DNA of 64,000 bases, filler included, from Streblomastix strix (Eukaryota), in assembly GCA_008636045.1 (NCBI GenBank). It is 3 parts of 3 records of this genome, joined end to end, with 100 filler letters (N's around TTAATTAATTAA, not from the genome) between each part and the next. Parts side by side here need not be neighbours in the genome. Positions count along the whole stretch, not along the records: positions 1 to 22,021 come from SNRW01000341.1; positions 22,122 to 44,069 come from SNRW01000342.1; 1 more part is not named here. The stretch is one strand, 5' to 3'. This document shows positions 13,601 through 27,746 of this stretch, piece by piece. The notes under the pieces are model-generated. The model saw nothing but the letters and a program-made list of their open reading frames with translations, was not told where the DNA came from and searched no databases. Made by a program: the position numbers and the translations under genes. Numbering within the stretch: the stretch's first letter is position 1; each line of letters opens with the position of its first letter.

Positions 13601-16600
13601 TCCATTATTTTATATTGTTTTAAACGAGTCTGTGAATTACTAAGGTAAAAAGAACAATTTGTAACTTTCGCTATAAAGAACTGTGTTCTGAAATTGTCCT
13701 AAAACACAGCAGGACCTGTCTTCTGTTGAAAGCGCAAAAGAAATCAAACTCAACGCAAATACTTTGTCGGTTAAAATAAATCTTTAATATACATTGATTG
13801 AATATACACTTAAAAATTTATAATATTTCTTTTCAAAATTGTATCATTTTTGCCAAATAAGAACTAAACAGAAATTTGCTATTACAATTCAGTCTCGATC
13901 AGAGTTTCTTGAGGTTTGCACAAAAATTTACGAATTATTGGTCCCAAGACGTTAAATTTATTAGTAACTAAAAAGTAATTATAAAAAAAAATTTTTAACT
14001 TGAAATTATACTAAAATAATTACAATTTTAAAATTTTTATTCACTAAATTCATATCATAAAATCTTCAAAATATTATTAAGCATTAAATTTATGACTTTT
14101 TCAATTCATAAAGGACTAAATTTCAAAATTTTAGGAAATTATTTCTATATAAAATTCATATATTTATTATTAGCTAATATTTAAATATTAATAAACTATT
14201 AATTTTAAAAAAAATAGTACTACTTGAGTTTGGATTCAATAAAAAAAATTATATTTTATTAAAATTAAATTGAATTTATATTAATTTATTAAATAATTTT
14301 AAAATTTATTTTTTAATTAAAATCATATTTTAATTTTTAAATCTCTTTAATTGTGTCAAATTTTATTTTAATATTAATTATTCATATTTACTTTATACAA
14401 TTTTATTTAAAATAACTAATAAATTTTTCCAAATTAAAACAATAGTGTACAATTTTATAGTTTAATTTTCTATTTCATTTTTTTTATTATAAAATAAATT
14501 GAAAAGAATTACAGATTTAATTATAATTTTTTTAAAAAAAAATTTTTATCCAATTTAAAAATAAATATAAATCATTAAACTCAAAAAAATCAATTTTTTA
14601 ATATGAATAATTTTTAAAAAAATTTAATTTAAAATTTTAATTTTTAAATTTTTTAAATGATATTTCTAAATAAATACTTTTGTAAATATTTTTTATTAAA
14701 AACTATTATAATAAATCTATATCATTAAAAAAAATTCATTTAAACAAAAAATAATCAAAGATTATTTCATTATTTATAGTAAACTCTATAATATACGAAA
14801 AAATCTTTATATTTAAAATATAAATTTAAATTTTATTAAAAAATATAATAGTACGAAAGAATTAATCGTTAGTAGCATAAAATTTATATGGTAAAATAAA
14901 TATATTATAAAAATTTTAATTTTTCTTTTGTATTTATTCAATTAAACTTTTTTTAAAAATAATACAAAATTTATAAATTAATAAAAAAAATTTTTTTAAA
15001 CATATTTTTATTATTTATTAATATTCAAAAACATCCTTTCTAATAAATTTTATAAATTTTATGAAACAAATTTATTATAATGTATTCGAATAATATTTAC
15101 ATAACTAATATTAATTAATTTTCTTTAGTATTTTATTTAAAATGAAAAAATATAAAAATGAAATTTAATAAATTTGTCATGAAATATTTTTTTATATTAA
15201 TTCTTATGGCTACAAAGCCGTTCGTAAAAAGGCCCAAAATCTTACAGAGACCAGATTGATCACTGTAAGGCCCAAAAATCTTACATCTACCTGGCCGGTT
15301 GCCGTTTAGTAATAGAAAATCGCATTCAAAAATTTAAAAACTGCGATATATTTGTATTTGGGACACTAAAATTAGCATTCAAGCAAAGACATCAAGGAAT
15401 TATAAATCACGCATTTTAAAGATAGTAACACATTTTACTAACGCAACATTGTAAGCTACTTTATTGTAAGCCTTTACAAATTCACTCTGGGGTGTGATAT
15501 AAAAAAATTGCAAAAAAGATGGTTAATAATAAATTTATAATCAGACTCTTTTGAAGAAATATCTTTCAATATATATGTTTTCAATGCAAATGTTCCCTAA
15601 ATGGCCTTGATTGCAGTTACTTGAACGATTAAATCTAAATTTTGACATTTGAATAAAAGTATAAGTATTTTAGTTTTTAAATGTTAATTTTTCCCGCATA
15701 AATCATTCATGTATTAAATATTTATTTAAAAAATTAGACATAATTTAAATTAGTTAAATATTTAATATTTTATAAATTTTTTAAAGCACAAACTATTAAT
15801 CTTTAAAAACTGTACGATTTAGAGAAATTTTCACCTCTGCATCATAATTGGTTCAAAAAAATAATTTCAAATAAATATTTGCACTTAAACAATTATTAAA
15901 AAAATGTCTAAATATTTAAAATATTTTGATAATTTTTTCAAATCTTATTTTAAAGTCTAAATAATTAAATTTTTTATAAATGAATGTTTAAGTAAAGATA
16001 TAGAGTTAATTCAATTTGACTTCAACTTCAATTAATCTTTCGAATTTATTGCATTATTTCTAAATGTTTCAAATAGATAAGTACAAATTTAGCGTTGCAA
16101 CAATTAATAATTAAAGATTAATGTAAAATTTTCAAAATACTTGAAATATTTTAAAATATCTTTTGATTGAATTTAATGATTAATTTTGTTTTTCTTTAAC
16201 GTTCAGTTATTTTTAACACTGGATTTTTTCTTAAATCAATTTGTTTCTTTATTTAACCTATGTTTAAACATCTTGAATTTTTAATAATTTAATTTTAATG
16301 CAAACATACGTAATTCTAGAAACATTGCATGATTTTCGTTTTAAAATATATATTTTTAAAATCTGATAAATTTATAACAGATATTCTAATTAATCGTTAT
16401 TAAATAATGAAAAAAGAATTAAATATTCTATATAATAAAATATTTTGAATTAACTTTTTTAAATATTAATAATAATTAAATTTAATTTGAAATTCTATTA
16501 TAATTCAAAAAATTAATTTTTTATGTTAATAACTCTTTCTCATTTAATATATTGATTCAAATTTACTATTTTCAATTTTATAATTTAAAATTTTATATAT

Positions 16601-19600
16601 TTATTTTTATTTTTATTTTAATTTTAATTTTTTAAATTCAATTATTTTTTTTTTAAAATTTTTAATTTTTATTTTCATAGTTAGTTAAATTTTAATTATA
16701 AATTTGAAATTTTAAATTCTATTTTATTTTTAATTGAATCTTAAATATTAATTTATATTGATATTAAACTTCAAATAAAATAATTTTAAAACAATAATTT
16801 AAAAATTTAATAATAAATATGATTAAAAAAAATAAAAATATCATTTTTTTATAAAATTAATATTTAAATTAAATAAATTAAAAAAAAAATAAATAAGTAA
16901 TCCTAAAAAATTTTAACAAAAAATTTGAATTTATTTAAAGTATAGTTTAAAAAATTTGATTATTAATTCTTTAATAAATTGAAAATTTAAATAATATTTA
17001 TTCTTTTCCGTTTAAATGCCAATATTTCAATTTTTCAAATAAAATTATTCACATATTTAATATTTTTTTAAATTTTAAAAATATAAATGAATTTTTAAAC
17101 ATATGTAATTCAATTAAAATTTTTAAAATATTAAAATTAATTTTAAATTTTTTAAAATTTACATCTTTCGATTAAAATAAGTTCATAAAATTCTGAGCTT
17201 AATAAAAAGTTGGTATGGGTGAGTTTCATTATAAGTTACAATAATAATTTTTTTGGTTAGATACGATTAAATTATTTTTAATAACAATTTCTGTAATAAA
17301 TCTCTGTTCAATTTTTCTAAGTTGCCAAAAAGTGTGAAAAAAAAATATTTTTTGATGCAAGAACGAGAGAATTGATATATTATTCATTAATTTTTATTTA
17401 ATTAATTATTTAATATTTATTTAAATAGATTTATCTAGAAACGAAGTATTCTCGACTGCGAGCAATGCTGCAGTAGGTGATTTTATTAATTTCAGTTTTT
17501 TGCTTGTACAATAAACATATACTCTTTCCTTTTGAAAATTATTATTAATAAAATTAAAGTAAGAAAATTTATGTTGCATAATCTAATTTTTTTTATTATG
17601 CGAGTTACATATTTTAGGATAAAAATTTATGATTATTTTTTTAGCGGCCTATTGTTATTTAAAATAACGTTTATTAATATAAAAATGTAAATGTTATTTA
17701 AATAAAAATAATTCAAACATTTTATTTTATAACCAAAATTCATGGAAAAAAAGAAAATTTAAAAAATTTAAATATTAGTATAGAAATCAGTTTGTTCTTT
17801 CATCAAAAATTTTTTTATCGATTTTAGCAACTAAGTAAAATTGAATAGATATTAATTCCAGAAATTGTTAATAAAGACATTTTAAATATTTCTATTCAAA
17901 AAAATTAGTATTTTCGCTTATGATCAGACTCATCCATACATATTTTGAAAATATTATCAAATCTTTAATAACAACATTCATTGAACAGATTTATGCATGC
18001 GCTTAAAAATATGATTTCCATTATTAAAAATATGCGACTCTTTTCAGATTTTTTGATTTGTCCCTATAATTCTTTAAAATGCTTTTAAAATCTTGAAATA
18101 TTTTTCTTTCTCTCATTTTTTGCTGAAAGAATCCGGTAAGAAAATATAACTCATTCCATTCTTTTTCTTCATCTGTTTACTACACATCTTTTTGAACGAA
18201 TTACTATAGTATAATTTATTTATTTAAAATCACAATAAAATTTATTTAAATTATTTAAAAGTCTCTAGAATATTTAAATAATAAAAATATATAGTTTTTA
18301 ATTTTAACTCAGATAAATTCAACAAATTTATTTTCATTATTTTATATAAAAAAAATTAATATTTTTTGCTTTATCCAGATTTTTCTTAATAATTATTAAG
18401 ATTTTTTTGAATAGTCATATATGAGATTTTTGTTTTTGAAGAACCTACAAATTTGAATTTTATTTTAATAAATTTATTTTGAAGACTATCGTATGAAGCA
18501 ATCGTCACTTAGATAAATATTTCAAATTTTTTTACTTTTTAATTTTCAATTTTTTTGAAAAAAGTTTATTTAAGCTTATTATTCATTGCATACACATTTT
18601 AATATATTTTGTTAAATATTTATAAGATATTGAAATTTCAAAGATATTTGAAATACTTATTCTGCTAAAACTTTACCATTTGTTAATTTTTATTATATTT
18701 AATTTATAATTAATTTTTATTTTAAATTCTTTCAATCAAACATTTAAAGTGGATTACTTATATTTTTATTTTCAAAAAAGGGAAATGCGTATATTCAATT
18801 TATATGTAGAAAATATGACTGAAAAATTTATTTTCATTCAAAAAATAATATTTCTTCGTTGACTTAGAAAGGAAATAATACTACTTATTCAGAAATTTGT
18901 ATAGTCAATGAAAATTTTATTATTTTTTTAATTTTAATATTACATACTAAAGATCTTTCAAAGTTGTTATGTGAAAATAAATAATTTACTAAGATTGTGG
19001 AATATATTCTGGATATTTATATTTGTAAACAAGTTGGAATTTAATTAAAATTATTTTATTTTTAAAAATTAATTTTTAAAATTTAAGTTAAAAAAAATAT
19101 TTATTTAATTTCTAAACAAAACTATTTGTAATTATTATATGAGTTTATTAAGAACAGTCATTAAACATTTAACACATATATAGTTTTTGAAGCAACTTTA
19201 AAAATGTCAGAAAGGATAAATTTTCGGAAAAATTTACCAAAAATTTTGCAGGATAATTTTCTCTTAATTTATAAAATATATTATAATTTCATATGTAATG
19301 TTACAATATTCAAAATATAAGAAGAAATTAGTAAATATTTGTTAAATTTAGGGTAAGTATAAAATAAGGTCACAAGTATCAAATGAGGACACCATTATAA
19401 TTTTGTATGTATTAGATATAAATTCTTAAATTATATATATTATTATATATGATTAAAAAAAAATTAAACAGGAGTAGAATTAAAAATTGATTGATGTTTA
19501 TGTGAGGCCGAATGTGTTTCGAAAGAAACAAATAAGTAAAATGTATATGTTCAATCAGAATCTTCTTCAGATGGGCTTTTTTCTACAAGATTTTTCTCAA

Positions 19601-19619
19601 TTTATTCTTTCTACTATTT

Positions 19620-20250
19620 TTCAGGTACATTTCTTCTATTATGACAAGTTCTGAAATGTTGCGACGTTTGTAAACTTGTTTTGAAGCAGGTTGTGGATAA
19701 GAAACTGTTTCAGGAAAGCTTGATAAGACAATAACATCGTTGCTCTTGACAGATGCGCTCGTAATGAAGGAAGTGGTTACTATATCTATGTTCGTTGCTT
19801 ACTACAGTGCTTCTGTAAGACATTATGCTACTGAAACTTTCCATGCGGACTCTCCAGATTCAATTGGGATATCAAAATTGTCCCTTATCCCCTTTTTGAA
19901 AGCCACTCAACCATCCCATCTTTGAAGTCCTAACCAATCACTAAGTTTCGTCCTTTACTTCTTAATTTTTGCTTAGAAATCTGCCTATGTACAGCAGTAC
20001 GAAGTGCCTTTCCATATACAATTCCCGGTTTTATTAGAACGGAGTTTGTCTACTTGTACCTGTATTTAAGAGCCAATGCTTTTTCAATTGGGCTTTTTAG
20101 TTTCTTGACATCCGCTTTTGCAAGTAGACGATGCACCTCTGCAACCTTACACTATACTTTCCTAACCGTCCTTTTTTTAGCTGGCTGTTTAATCTGAAAA
20201 TTGGAACAGATCAAATAAGCCGAAGAAAAAGCAAACTTTCCATTTAATTA
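19620..20250 (-). pseudogene. Basic ORF remnant, possibly the N-terminal HTH region of a pogo-like transposase
   Basis: Higher-GC island with an open frame of about 200 codons: ..KSPIEKALALKYRYKQTNSVLIKPGIVYGKALRTAVHRQISKQKLRSKGRNLVIGQDFKDGMVEWL... Resemblance to Psq/CENP-B HTH is by eye only; no DDE domain seen. Confidence 0.3.
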
Positions 20251-21174
20251 ATGAATTGATGATAATGTGCTTAAAATTTTTTTATATATAAATATCTTGA
20301 CTCAAAAACAATAAAATACAAAGTTAAAATGGTATCCTCATTTGATACTTGTGAGCTTATTTTTTACTTACCTATAATATTTTTAAATTTTTTTTCTCAA
20401 GTCAACATTTTTCATGTTTAATGTATAAATTATTTCAAATTGAAATAATTTGATCAATAATATTAAATTATATATTTTCTAGTCAAAAACAAATAATAAT
20501 AAAAAGTGTTGCTAATGAAAATAGTGGCTAAAATTTCTTAAAAAATATATTCAAAATTTACATTCATTAGTAAAACAAACATAATATATTCTTGCGATAA
20601 TGCTCTAATTAATTAAATTAGATAGATTTCTATTAAAAAAATGAAGTTTTGAAATATAGAAATGGTAGAATCAAGAAAAAAAGAGATCCAAAATTTACCA
20701 TTGCCGAGTGAGTGGATTTTTTCAAAGCATCAAAAATGAAGTGTACATATATTATTATGTTAAATTATACACTTAAAACTAATCTGTACCTATTACTTAA
20801 ATCCGTCCGGAAATCTTCGATTTTTGATCGATTTTTTAAAGGCCTACCCAAATCTTAATTAAACTTTAATATCTGTGAAATTAATATTATTATAAACTTA
20901 TAATTATATAAAAATACAGAAAATAAATTTTATTTATAATTTGCTATTTTTCTAGATCAGAAGGTCTTATATTTCATCAAATAGAGATTATATTATATAA
21001 TTGCTAATTTCTTTAAATAGTTATATCTTCATCATATATTTTTAAACTAGTTTTTATAACGATATTTCGCTAAAATAAATCATTCAATTATTATATTTTT
21101 CTCTTTATTTTTTATTTAATTTATCAAATATTTTATTGTTAGTCAAAAAGTTATTAAATCAATAACAAACATTA

Positions 21175-22021
21175 ATGATTTAACAAAAGTATGGTCTTTC
21201 AGCTCTCACATAATAATAGAAAGAAGAGCTTTTCAAAGAAGATATTGATATTATATAAAACTAATTACATCTTAAAGTATGCAATTCATTAATTAAGTTT
21301 AAAAGTATTATATTTTACACCCTATAAATATCCACCTCTCGCACAGAACCCACAAAAGATTAGCGCTGGGAACTGGGGGAGAGTTTACAGTGCTCAGGAC
21401 ACGGACAGTTCCTATGTTGCCGTCAAAGTCCAGAAATAGGAAGAATACTACGATGAGGAGTTTGCAGCCGCTGGAAACCTAAACACAATAGCCTCGCAGT
21501 ACTTTGTGAAGACTTTTGGCAAGAAGGAGATGCATTAATTGAGCCGCGTGTTTATAGCGATGGAATTGGCCAATCTTGGGGTGCGATTATATTTATGTTG
21601 CATTTTAAACAATAATTTTATAATGTTATTAGTCTTTTGAATAAGTTACTGACAGAGGAAAGATTGTTAGTGAAAATGTTCTTACAACTATTGCATATTG
21701 TTTATGTATGCTTTTTTTTATCTTTATTTTTTTACATTACATTTACTTGTTATTTATTCAATTCTTTTAATATTAATAAAGTGGAGTTCTTATCGAAGTT
21801 TCATGCGATGAATCTTGTTCATTGGTATATATTTTGATATATATATATTAATTTAGTTTTCATATCATTATAATTTTGATTATTGTTGTTTGAATATTTT
21901 TATGTCAAATATTTATTTATTATTTTATTTAGTGATTTAAAACCACCAAATATCCTATTTTCACAGTTCGAAGAAGATGGTATTATTATTTATATAGTTA
22001 ATGCACTCATTATTGAATGTA
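21175..22021 (+). CDS. Ser/Thr protein kinase, N-lobe to catalytic loop, truncated by contig end
   Basis: Spliced translation gives ISAGNWGRVY (Gly loop), YVAVKVQ (VAIK), FIAMELANLG and, across an intron, NLVHCDLKPPNILF. At least four GT-AG introns. Confidence 0.88.
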
Positions 22022-22121
22022 NNNNNNNNNNNNNNNNNNNNNNNNNNNNNNNNNNNNNNNNNNNNTTAATTAATTAANNNNNNNNNNNNNNNNNNNNNNN
22101 NNNNNNNNNNNNNNNNNNNNN
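22022..22121. other. Artificial contig linker (N44-TTAATTAATTAA-N44)
   Basis: 100-bp N run with a central six-frame stop spacer; genes on both sides are truncated. Confidence 0.97.
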
Positions 22122-24126
22122 AAAACATCAAATTCAGATATTATTGATGGATGCAAGGCCTCTCAGATATTCTCAAACTAATTTCATTCTTATTTGGAGA
22201 TTAAAACTAGAAAAGCAGAATAGATATTAAGAAGGAATGCAGAAATAGTAGGACTTCCAAAATCTATTTACAAATAAACCTTTAATACAGTATAAAATTG
22301 TTTCAACGAACAGCAGTAACGCTATGCTGATTAATAAATGAAAATTAATTTGCATGATGAAAAATCTATTATCTTAAATCGGAACGTTTTATATCTCCAC
22401 GATATTGACCAATCCAATATTGATACTATTCCTGAATAAAATAATAAATTAGAAGAATCAAATAAACCAGAATACATTTATTGTAATATACTTGATATGG
22501 CATCGTTATTATTCTTACATGCTAGAAAAGAGGGCAGTATACCTGTTCAAATGAAAACATTTTCTGTATACTTTATTTAATTTATTATGCATAAACTGAA
22601 AATCTATAAAATATTTTATTTTCATTCTTATATTTACAATATAGGATTAACTTGGGATTCCTTAATGGCATCTTTATAGAAATTGTATTTGACTTAAAGG
22701 GATAGTTGGAGTATGTATAAATAGATTTGGTTCAGTAGAATTTGCAAAATGGATTATTGAACATTTACCAATGAGAGGGAAAATAAATATTATTGAAAAG
22801 ATTGAAGTTATAATGAATATTTGTGATGAAGGGGAAATTTATAATTTAACAGTTGATCCTGATAAATAAGACTCTGAATAAAAGAATCATTAATTAATTT
22901 CTAATTCAACTTTAGAATTGTCTTCTTTAAACAATAGCTGTAGTTCTAATGTCAATAATCAAACTTAAAGATAAATTCTGCTTTCATCCAGTAATCCTTC
23001 ATCTGTAGGTCTTGCTCTGGTATATGTTGTACTTGAATCAGTAGGTTTAGCTTGTGGGGGATCAGGAGAGTAAGAATTGAAGAAGAAAGGAATTAAATAA
23101 TAAAATTAATCTAATAATGAAGGATTGATGAAGAAGAGGAAAAGATAAACTGAATAACAATTTAATTTATTAGAAACTGATAAAAGTGGAGAAGGAAGAA
23201 AGAGAAGAAGAATTGAATATAACAATGAAGATAAGAAAGAATAAGAAAAAGAGAATAATATTGAATAAATGTCTGAAATAATGGAGTTGAATGATGATAT
23301 GTTTGATAAAGAATGGATTACAAATATTTAAAATTCAAAGGAGAGAAAAGATAGTTATATTTTTCGTAAAAGGCGAATTTAATCTTTGAATAATTTCTCT
23401 ATTACGTCTTTACCATAAGGATAAAATATAAATTTTTAAGATAATAATAACAAATAAGACAAATTTACTTCAAATTAAATATTTAATCAGAATAATTAAT
23501 CAAATTTTGCTGAAGGAAATGAATCGAATAAAAATCCATTATTTTCTTTAAATAATTTGTGTGAAACTCTGAATGTAGCGCAATCAACAGTTTATTAACA
23601 CATTCGCATAATTCGAATGCTTCTTTACTCATATTCATAAAAGCATTACCCCATGTTAGCTCGTGATGAAGAATCGTTTCGTAGAAATTGTAGTTGGTTA
23701 TTCGATTAATTTGTAGCTCAATAACAATTTAAAAAGAATCCAGATGATTAGGTTGATAAATAAATTGATGATGATAATAATTTAAATAATTAAAGATCTT
23801 CAGATTAAATTCAAATTGCATATTCAGCTTATTCAAAGCCAGTTTCATTTTTATCTTCTATTTTTTCACCAAATAATCACGATTCTTCATAATCATCATA
23901 TTCTCTTTAACCAGAACCAAATATTGAAGTGAATTTGAAATTAAATTAACATTCTTTCGCTAATTCTTCGTAATCATAATCAAATATTATTGAATCTTTT
24001 ATTTCTAAATAGGACATAAAATTGGATGATGTAAATGACATTGACACTTCCCAAGAAATTATGACCGAAGATGAAAAGTTATTGAAAAGCTTATTATGTG
24101 AAATAAAATAGTAAATGCATAAATGA
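22122..24126 (+). CDS. TFIIB/Brf-like tandem cyclin-fold protein with large insertions; 5' truncated; one in-frame TGA at 22690-22692
   Basis: AEQILRRNAEIVGLPKSIYKQTF / ASLLFLHARKEGSIPVQMKTFSDQLGIPQWHLYRNCI*LKGIVG resembles TFIIB repeat 1. NPSSVGLALVYVVL / SLNNLCETLNVAQSTVYQHIRII resembles repeat 2. Intron about 22566-22644; stop TGA 24124-24126. Confidence 0.6.
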
Positions 24127-24306
24127 TAATTACATTAATTTGATTTCTTAATTTTTATTTTATTAAATAGAAATAACAAATCTATTAAATCATTTTTGCT
24201 TAAAAATTAATTATTTATATAATTTAACTCTTAACACAGGAATTTTATTTTTATATCAAATCCGCTCAAGAAAATTGATCTATTTACATCACATATTACA
24301 ATATTT

Positions 24307-26811
24307 TCAGTGTGGTTAAGTTGAAGTGTTTGTATTAATCAAATTGATTCGCAAATCATCGGATCGATATTCACAGTCAACACGTATTATCAAACCAATT
24401 TACATAAGTTTACTCAAAAATTCCTTTTGTGTTGGAAGAGAAATCAATCTTAAATCATGATCAGTCATTGAAGATAATTCTGAAGGTAGATAGGAAGATA
24501 TGTGAAAGAGATCCAAAAGCTGTAAAAAAATAAATAAATAACTATTTAAGAAAAAGGTTCAAACAAACCAATTCGATAAATTCACTCCATTAGATCTCAA
24601 ATTCATGCATTTCCCCCTCCTGACATAAAGTGCATAACATTTGCCAAGCGGATTTCAATTCATTTTAAACTTCTACCAAAGCTAATCTCCATTCCGAACT
24701 CAATATAATTTCTTTCTTCCATCCATTAAATGCCCACAATGAAGAAGGCATTTACATTTTGTTTAGCTTGAAAAACAAATCTTAAATTAAGATATTTCTT
24801 GGAAATCGGAGAAGTATTTATTTTTCAATAAAATTCTCAAATTCACAAGTTTTCTTTATTGATGATGAATTATTCATATGGCAAAATTTAAACAAATTTC
24901 TTTATGAAAATTCCTTTTCTGTTTCCTCTTCTGTATTAATTGTTACTATTATTTGTCTATTAAATCTTCCATTACATTCTTATTCTTCTTCTAAAGTTTA
25001 ACTCAAGTCCGAGGATTATATTTCATCCTTTCCCAATTAATTGGTTTTATCTTTTTCCATCAAAGAACATTTGATTCTTTCTTCTGTTTATTTATCTCCT
25101 TCTTCAATGATCTTGAATATTGGAATAAGATTAAGAATTTAATGAGGAAGAATAGCCATTCCAATTGATGCAAGGTGCAATGCAGCCTGAGGCGCTTACT
25201 ATAAAAGTAGTGGAAATGGAATTGATAAACTTCCATTTAAAGAAAGACTTATAAAAGAATTTGATTAGGAAGATGTTGAATCTTTTTATAATTAGCTAAT
25301 ATTTTCTTTTTCTCCATTTTGTTGTGTTTCAACCATTGCATCTCCTTATGAAGGATCATCTAATATACCTTCAAAGTATAAAAATAATCTCAAATAATGA
25401 AAAACGATAATTAGAAAATACAAACCAACAAATTATCTCAATTAGCTCCATGAAAGCCAACCGTTCATTTCTATATTTAAAGAATCTGAAGTTTCTCTTT
25501 TTTCTGAATTTTCTGAAACCTTCTATTTTAAATTTATTGCTTAAAAACGCGCACAATCAATTATAGTATCACAAGTTTAGAATATTGAGTCCTAGCTTAG
25601 ATTATCAGATTAACTGCTATAATTACAACAAAGAGCCAAAGTATCAGAAATTTCTTCTGGATTCAAAGTCAATAAAGGTTACATTGAAGAAGATGAATTA
25701 GATTATTATATCTGAGTGAAATGCTGCTTAAAGAAAACTCCTTCACAAATTAATGGGAGATTTTCCTTTTAAATATAAATCTAAATTAATTAATTCAAGA
25801 AATCTGTCAATTGGAGAGAATCAATTTAAATTTCTAATGACTCTTTGAAAAATTGGATTCTCAATTTATTTGCTTCTGCTGATGATAAAATAGTATTTTC
25901 ATTAGATCTACACAAAATAAATGCAATTTTTAATATCTTTTCTTAATGTTCTTAGATTTTACTTTATGATTTGGTATTTTGATTAGAAAATTATGAAATA
26001 TATTAAATTCTCTATTTGAATTCTATTAATCCTTTATTTGTAAATATGATATTAGAAGAATTATCTTATTCAAAGAGAGATTGAGAGTTTATAAAATATA
26101 ATGATGCTTCTGCTTAGCCTAAAAGCGCAAAAGAAAGAGAAAGAATATCAGCTGGTGCCCCATCTTTAATATTATCTGCATTATCCTTTGCTTTGTTCAT
26201 GAGACTGTCTAAATGGTCTCCACCAATCTCTATAATCTACAAGGATGCATATCTTATTCCTTTTTTCAACATATTATCAAAGTTTGGAAGAGTGACTTGT
26301 CGTTCTTCTAAAAAGAAAGAATAGTCATCAAGTGAAAAAAGTAGAAGACCTATAACATATTGAAGTGAATAATAATATATTTATACAATTTAAATAAATT
26401 TAACTAATTAATGTTATTTTTTCTAACCTCTGCCTATGTCGGTATCAATAAACGGTAATTCATCAATATATTCACTTTATGAGTTTGAAAGAAATCTGAC
26501 ATTAATAAATGATGCAGTAAGATATGGAATTAATGAAGTCAAAGTAAGGAAATTTGGATCTTCATTATTTGTAAATGAATGGAGAAATGAACTTTTTCCA
26601 GCATTCTGATCACCAAGTATAACTATGGTCCGTACAACAATACCAGAATTGAAAACAACAGAAAAGGGGCTATCCAGATCAAGTATCTCCTCCATGCATG
26701 AGTCAATATTTTTATATTGAAAACGCTGTAAATAACCCCAGCAGCTTTTCTTATTAAAAAAATAACGAAAGCAAATAAGAATGATGGGCAAACTTCAACA
26801 CTTTTCAACAT
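24307..26811 (-). CDS. Protein with N-terminal divergent P-loop (small GTPase-like) domain and long unknown C-terminus
   Basis: TIVILGDQNAGKSSFL (Walker A after a hydrophobic strand); later LQIIEIGGDH at the G3 position. Introns near 26350-26427 and 24521-24568, and probably one just after the start. TGA at 24307-24309. Confidence 0.65.
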
Positions 26812-27746
26812 AATTAAACTTAATACTAAATAAAAAATTAATTCAGAAAATTAAAATAAAATTAAAAAAATTTGTTTAATGATTACATTTATAAAATTGT
26901 AATGATTTTATTTAAGAAAATGAAAATTTCAATATTGATAAAGCAATGAGTTTGTATACAAATTTTTGATATATAAATATGGTTGAGTATGAGAGTTAAT
27001 ATTAATATAATCTATTTAGTATTTGTTCAATCAAATAGATTGGTGAATTATAATCAATTTTGTGAAAATAATTAAAAAATGGTATTTCAAGCATGAAATA
27101 AAAAATTAATGATATTAATCAAGAAAATATTATGTTAAAAAATAAACTAATATTAAATTATTGAATTTGAAGTCGTTTTAATGTTAAAAGGAGTGTAAAT
27201 CTATATTTAATATTATATTTGCATTCTTGTTCATATAATAGCTTGTTGAAATAAATTTTGTTTTACAATTATTTTTCATGAATTATTTAAAGAATTGAAT
27301 AATGCACATCAGAGTAATAAGAACAATGATGCTAAAAAAAGATTGAAAGTTCAATTAATAATTAAATTTTCTTTTTGATCATCTTAATAATGAAGAATAT
27401 GTTATAGTGTGATATATATGATAGTGTCAAAAGACTTTAATAAGTTTGAAGAGTGGAAATTACTTCTGAAGCAAATAACATTAAATAGTGTGATTCTGAA
27501 CGGCTATTGATCAACTTATTGTATATTTCCAATTATGAATACAAAACGGATATATCTTTATCATATTTCATTATTTAATACTTAATTCTGCCAAATATCT
27601 GTTTAATTTTATTCCATTAATACTTATTTTCTATTTTATTATATTTTTATCATATAATTAACAATACTTCTTATTAACCATTTATATGGTATACATCTAA
27701 GATTCATTTTTTATTGTTTTTTATCTAATAGAATATTCTAAGATTA

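Noticed and set aside
22022..22121. TTAATTAATTAA palindrome within N runs (also 44070-44169)
   Set aside because: Artificial contig spacer; neighbourhood across it has no biological meaning.
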